From the NCBI GenBank assembly GCA_040954595.2, contig CM082577.2, positions 558,001-622,000 on the forward strand: a stretch of 64,000 bases of DNA, read 5' to 3'. This DNA comes from Balanoglossus misakiensis. Lineage: Eukaryota > Animalia > Hemichordata. Positions within the stretch are counted from its first letter, which is position 1; every line of letters begins with the position of its first letter. The notes below the pieces were generated by a model, which worked only from the letters and a program-made list of their open reading frames with translations, was not told the DNA's origin and made no database searches. Shown in pieces: positions 59,440 through 64,000 of this stretch. Made by a program: the position numbers and the translations under genes.

Positions 59440-60842
59440 GGATATTGGGGTTTCAACAATGGGCAGTACCTGCGAATATGCCCTGGCTGACCACACTGGT
59501 AGCACACCCTGGGTGTAGGATTTCCCTTCTTACTACCCGTTGAACTTTGACCTTCAGTAGATTTATTGACCTTAAGGGCTGAAATCTCCCCTTTCAACAT
59601 TTCCATATTTTGTTGTAATTTAGCCATTGCTGCTGTCATCTCAGACAACACACTGGTGGCACCCTCATGTTCCCCCACAGCCTTGACACCAGCACGCTTT
59701 CTAGTATTGGTGTTCGGCAACGATCCGGATAACATCAAATAATTTTCTTCATGGATACTTTCTCTGATAACATCATCGAATGTGCACCCTTGTTTTCGGG
59801 CTGCTTCATTTATCTTTCTACATACTTCTGGTACGTCAACCGCATTGAAGTATGCATCTATACAAAGTTGTTCAAACATGTCGCCTTTTGTCTCTGGATA
59901 TGCAACAACTACAAGCTCTCTTATATCTTGAGCCAAACTTTGTAAACTCTCGCCTTCGTTACGCTGCCGCTGTTTCAGACGCAGTCGACAGATATCTCTT
60001 TTTCCGATTGACCCAAAACGTGCAGCAAGCCGCTCACACAGTTGTTGGTAGGTCAACTGCTGAATATCCACATAATTCAGAAGTTGCAGCGCAGGACCTG
60101 TTAACATTGCAAGCAAATACTCTTTGCGCTCTCTCTCATTCAATTTATGCATATCGCAGTATATGGTAAAGTGAATCTTATATATATCCCAAGAAACATC
60201 GCCAGAATACCGTTCAGGTATAAGTCTAGAGCGATAAGCACCATGATTTGAAGGCAGGGTTTGTTCATCTACCCATGCCCTCGTTCTAGTGTGTACCGTT
60301 TCCGCTGGAAGATCGGGAAACATTTCACTCGTTTTGTTAGAAGCCGCGCGTCTACATTTGCCCGCGTATTCGTCAGATAGGCCTACTGGAGAACGAGAAG
60401 TGTTGACTTCCATAGAACTATAAGAACGTGGACTGTTGTCCACGTGGCGCTGGCTGGCATGAATGACTCCCTTTTGGGGGTCAGGGGTTATTTCCATACC
60501 AACGCAACATTCTTCCTTAGCAACGGAAACTGCAGGTGTTTCGAATTGTTGCAAAAACAATTTCTCGCGCGCTGGCGATTCTTCCCGCCTTTTTCTAGAC
60601 ACATCAGAATCCTTCTTTGTACTCGATTCTGCTAAATGAAAAGATTCCCATGCCTTTTGCAATTCAACATTTTCCTTCTCAAGTCTCCCTTGTTCCTCAC
60701 ATAACGCATCTTTCCAAGCATTCAAATCTCTCCTATCACCACTCGACAGTGGTGTACTGCTGGCCTGCTCGCGTGTACCAGTTGCGATACCCGAGTCGAT
60801 GTTGAATACGACCTCACTATCTAAACCCTCCTTACTAGCCAT
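59391..60842 (-). CDS. Gypsy Gag with C-terminal CCHC zinc knuckle
   Basis: 494-aa ORF (first ATG MASKEG at 60842) with a capsid-like region (PERYSG..W, RQRNEGESLQSLAQDIREL) and the knuckle CYQCGQPGHIRRYC. Confidence 0.93.
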   Translation of the reverse strand: MASKEGLDSEVVFNIDSGIATGTREQASSTPLSSGDRRDLNAWKDALCEEQGRLEKENVELQKAWESFHLAESSTKKDSDVSRKRREESPAREKLFLQQFETPAVSVAKEECCVGMEITPDPQKGVIHASQRHVDNSPRSYSSMEVNTSRSPVGLSDEYAGKCRRAASNKTSEMFPDLPAETVHTRTRAWVDEQTLPSNHGAYRSRLIPERYSGDVSWDIYKIHFTIYCDMHKLNERERKEYLLAMLTGPALQLLNYVDIQQLTYQQLCERLAARFGSIGKRDICRLRLKQRQRNEGESLQSLAQDIRELVVVAYPETKGDMFEQLCIDAYFNAVDVPEVCRKINEAARKQGCTFDDVIRESIHEENYLMLSGSLPNTNTRKRAGVKAVGEHEGATSVLSEMTAAMAKLQQNMEMLKGEISALKVNKSTEGQSSTGSKKGNPTPRVCYQCGQPGHIRRYCPLLKPQYPLNLGGLGVQPNPQSQ

Positions 60843-61042
60843 CGAACCAACCAGGAACCGACACCAAGAAGACAAAAATAACCCCGGCCGTTCGATCCGA
60901 ATATTCCCTCGCTAAATTTCAACAGCGATAGCGACAGTCGCAACAACGTCTTTATTCCTGACTCGGTTCTCACACACAAAACACACGGGCCAGTACCAAC
61001 CTTATTTTGATCCGTCAAAATGACTGTAAACCACCACCAAGT

Positions 61043-61065
61043 CGAATCCGACCGCTGCCAACCAA
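61043..61065 (-). other. Primer binding site complementary to the tRNA-Leu 3' end
   Basis: Minus strand tggttggcagcggtcggattcga follows the 5' LTR. It is nearly the complement of the animal tRNA-Leu(AAG/TAG) 3' end ...TCGAATCCCACCGCTGCCA(CCA). Confidence 0.8.
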
Positions 61066-61655
61066 TGTCGCGGAATTATATTTCTAGCTACGCGGGTCCG
61101 CAACAAACGCCCGTCACGGTTCGAATCCACGCGGATAGACTGGTGAGGTCCACACACCAAAATAGTTGTCTCGGTAGCGTACGCCAATCGCGGGCCCAGC
61201 TCAACCTTGATACAATGGGTCTCCCAGAAAGGGCGAAGTAATAACGCACAACACAAATAGCAGCAATAAAAGAAACTCAATGTATTACTAAGACGGTCGA
61301 CAAAAACGTCCGACCTCAACAGGTTACAGCTCCAATCTCACAACTTCTCCTAGCACGAGTGAAAACGACGCATCCCTTGACAGGTCAGGTGACATGAGCC
61401 TCCCACTGCCATTGGCCGAAAGTCGACGGGAAGGCGTGTCCCTGTCATTTTATAGGGAAAGGCAACAAACTGTATTTGGTCAAACGAACACAACACTAGA
61501 ACAATCGAATTGAAGTACTCTTTTCTGAACAAGCATGCATAAACTCGCGTTATAAAGAACGCCACCAGTTATCTGTATACGAAGGCAGAACAAGCTATGG
61601 CACTGGTAATAACGTCAGGCAAATGAGAATGACAACATGGAGAATTTCCATCACA
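61066..61655 (-). repeat. 5' LTR of Gypsy element (590 bp)
   Basis: Direct repeat of 54240-54829; contains minus-strand TATAAAA. Confidence 0.97.
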
Positions 61656-62937
61656 ATATTTTCGTAGAGTTGTTTACTCAAAATGCTGATCTTTGTAAGG
61701 GTGTAACGGCGCGAGGTTTTTTGTGAGCCACAGAAATCAATAATAGCTATAACATCCGTCTGTGATACTAATTGCTTTGTCTAACTGACATTCTATCAAA
61801 AGTGCGTTGTATTTTTTCACGCGGTGGCGTTGCATTACAGTAACTTCAACAACATCCACATGCTAAGGCAATGAAAGGGGTGAAGAAGGGGACAATATTG
61901 CTTGTCGTGTCTCTGCTCTGACGCTTTTGACCTAAATTCATGTCAATATCTATTCTACTTTCTCGCACATTAAACGGCGGCTGTAAACATAAGTATACGT
62001 AGATCGAATGCGCCTGTCACAGCGGACACGGTGCGCTCTTTTCCATTATAAAAGAGTGATCATGTATATCGCCTAAGTTGCTTACCTGCAGCAAAATTGC
62101 GCGTGATGATGCGACTACGAGGCGACGCAACGGGGACTGGTTAAATACGATACCGACAAATACCTCCAACACAGTGTTCCACTTTTCATATGTAAATCGA
62201 GTGTATAGAGGTCAGTGATTACTGGCAAAACACAATGTGGCGCGAACTATTGAAATTTCAAATGCATCGGGTGTTTGACACTTCTTTTACCATTTGCCAT
62301 GATTTTATGCATTAAGGATACGGGACGCTGCGTTTTCTTTTGTTATTTGCAAGAAATCATGAAGACTGAGATTAAGAGTTCTAATCTAAGAGTTTGGGGT
62401 GGAAGAGGGGGTCGTGGGAGGGATCCGTGGTCAAGAAGATGAAGAGAAATGTACATTTTGTAATTTGTTTTTACTGTCAATATTTGATAAATATTTTTCT
62501 TGAACCAAATGGCACTTTTCGTTTTTTTTAATCTTCTGTTTCAATGCATCCATGGGAACGTTTTCAAGGAATACTGTAACGGCCCACCCGATTCACCTCC
62601 TATGCTGCAAATCACAAATAGCCCAATGAATAGGAACATTTTTGCATATTTTTTAATAGTTACGTGTATGTGAAAATTTCTTTCAACATTTTTTTTCTGT
62701 TTCTATGCTGTACTGGACCCTAGCGACATCCCGTTCGCCGTATAGCGCCCGCTATAGTCCGTCTGAATTGTGAGATCCCCCCATAGGCTGTATTGCTTGG
62801 CATAATGACTCATTCGGCGTGAGCACGCTGTTGGATCTGTAGACCGAGCAGTAGCGGGTCGTAAACTCATTTTTCTCACGTCAAAATCAGTCTCCAAGTG
62901 AACTGTTGTGTGGTGTCTTGAGTGTTTACGGATCACC

Positions 62938-64000
62938 ATGAGTTACGGTCGTGGACCACCAGAAATAGAGGGCATGCATTCCTTAAAAGTGGACAATTTG
63001 ACGTACAGAACAACCCCTGATGATTTGCGACGCTGTTTCGAAAAGTATGGCGATGTAGGAGATGTGTATATTCCACGCGATCGCTTCACCCGCGAAAGCA
63101 GAGGGTTTGCGTTTGTAAGGTAAATATTGTTTCCCAGTAACATTCGTAAAATAATTGTCAAATTATGCTACTCGATATGCTGTTCGTTATTTAATGGATG
63201 TAGCTGAGCTTGTAGGGCTTCATTCTGAATTTCGAAATGCCCAGTACACTTCGTGATCACATGTTGAAAATGAAATGAGCATGTTTGCTTTTGTCATTTT
63301 GGCGGGCATTGACGCAACCCAGTCCGGTTGAGTTTGTGAACAGTCACCAACGTAGACACTTTGTGTATTTGTGAACTATGAAACTTAAGACAGGCGCTAG
63401 AATACAAATCTCAAAGACTGTTGGGGTTTGGGTGAGTGGCTATTTTATTGTACCTAAAATGCGGGGAAGTATAATGGGCTTGGGCTGTGCGTGGCTAGGC
63501 TATTACAAATGTGGTATGGTAATTTATGAAATCGCGTGGAAGCATGTAGTACACGAACAGATACAAACTTGTTAGGGAAACGGTTGTGTGATATTGAATA
63601 GTCATAGAATACCATCTAATTAAAATCAAATGCAGTTAGTAGAAAGGAACAGCAAAGAACCATCAAATGCAAAGATTATTGAGTCAACTCTACATCTAAT
63701 TCTAATCTGATTGGAAAGATTGTGACCTGGATAAAGTAGGTCAAGGAGTTCAATATTCTGTCCTTTGCATTTAGGTCAAGCAGAGATTTGTGAAAATTAC
63801 CACTGCAGATAGAACAAGTTCTTGTGTAAAACCATTAATAATGTGTCTTTCACACTCTAGATTCTATGATAAACGTGATGCAGAGGATGCGTTAGATTCT
63901 ATGGATGGTGCCATTTTAGATGGAAGAGAGCTGAGAGTTCAGATGGCTCGTTATGGCAGACCGTCAGACCCCCGCAGACCTCCACCGAGAAGCAGATATC
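62938..64000 (+). CDS. SRSF2: Serine/arginine-rich splicing factor 2 (SC35), 5' part; truncated by window end
   Basis: Exon 62938-63119 ([27 protein letters not shown]...[10 protein letters not shown]) and exon from 63861 ([34 protein letters not shown]); a highly conserved SC35 RRM. Confidence 0.97.

Larger units (their letters stand above)
54240..61655 (-). mobile_element. Full-length Ty3/Gypsy LTR retrotransposon (7416 bp), 4-bp TSD ATAT
   Basis: Two 590-bp TG...CA LTRs; ATAT at 54236-54239 and 61656-61659; gag followed by pol in PR-RT-RH-IN order; PBS and PPT present. Confidence 0.98.

Noticed and set aside
44751-61655. Functional link between zucchini/PLD6 and the nearby Gypsy, LINE or satellite (piRNA cluster or defence locus)
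   Set aside because: PLD6 acts in trans and its position fits ancient synteny. The region is rich in housekeeping genes rather than packed with transposon fragments.

Overview
Eukaryotic (invertebrate animal, intron-rich, AT-rich) genomic window. Left to right: (1) the 3' half of a young CR1/L2-group LINE with an (ATT)n tail; (2) two tandem, uninterrupted paralogous CDSs for two-TM proteins resembling APD1-4 N/M (DUF4792/4793) domain proteins, with PPxY tails; (3) a ~13.8-kb composite satellite block, in which ~148 copies of an 87-bp monomer (A) are nested inside a related 86-87-bp satellite (B) whose left end is a fold-back inversion; (4) spliced genes for tektin-3/5, NUBP1, TVP23, PLD6/zucchini and MFSD11; (5) an intronless FkbM-like methyltransferase; (6) a complete 7.4-kb Ty3/Gypsy retrotransposon with identical 590-bp LTRs, ATAT TSD, tRNA-Leu PBS, PPT and a -1 frameshift signal; (7) the 5' part of SRSF2. 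The gene order matches vertebrate microsynteny (TEKT5-NUBP1-TVP23A, and head-to-head MFSD11-SRSF2). The long repetitive ORFs in the ORF track are satellite artefacts. I found no clearly new multi-gene system. The most unusual structures are the nested/fold-back satellite architecture and the RING-less, PY-motif APD-like pair. All alignments and counts were done by eye.
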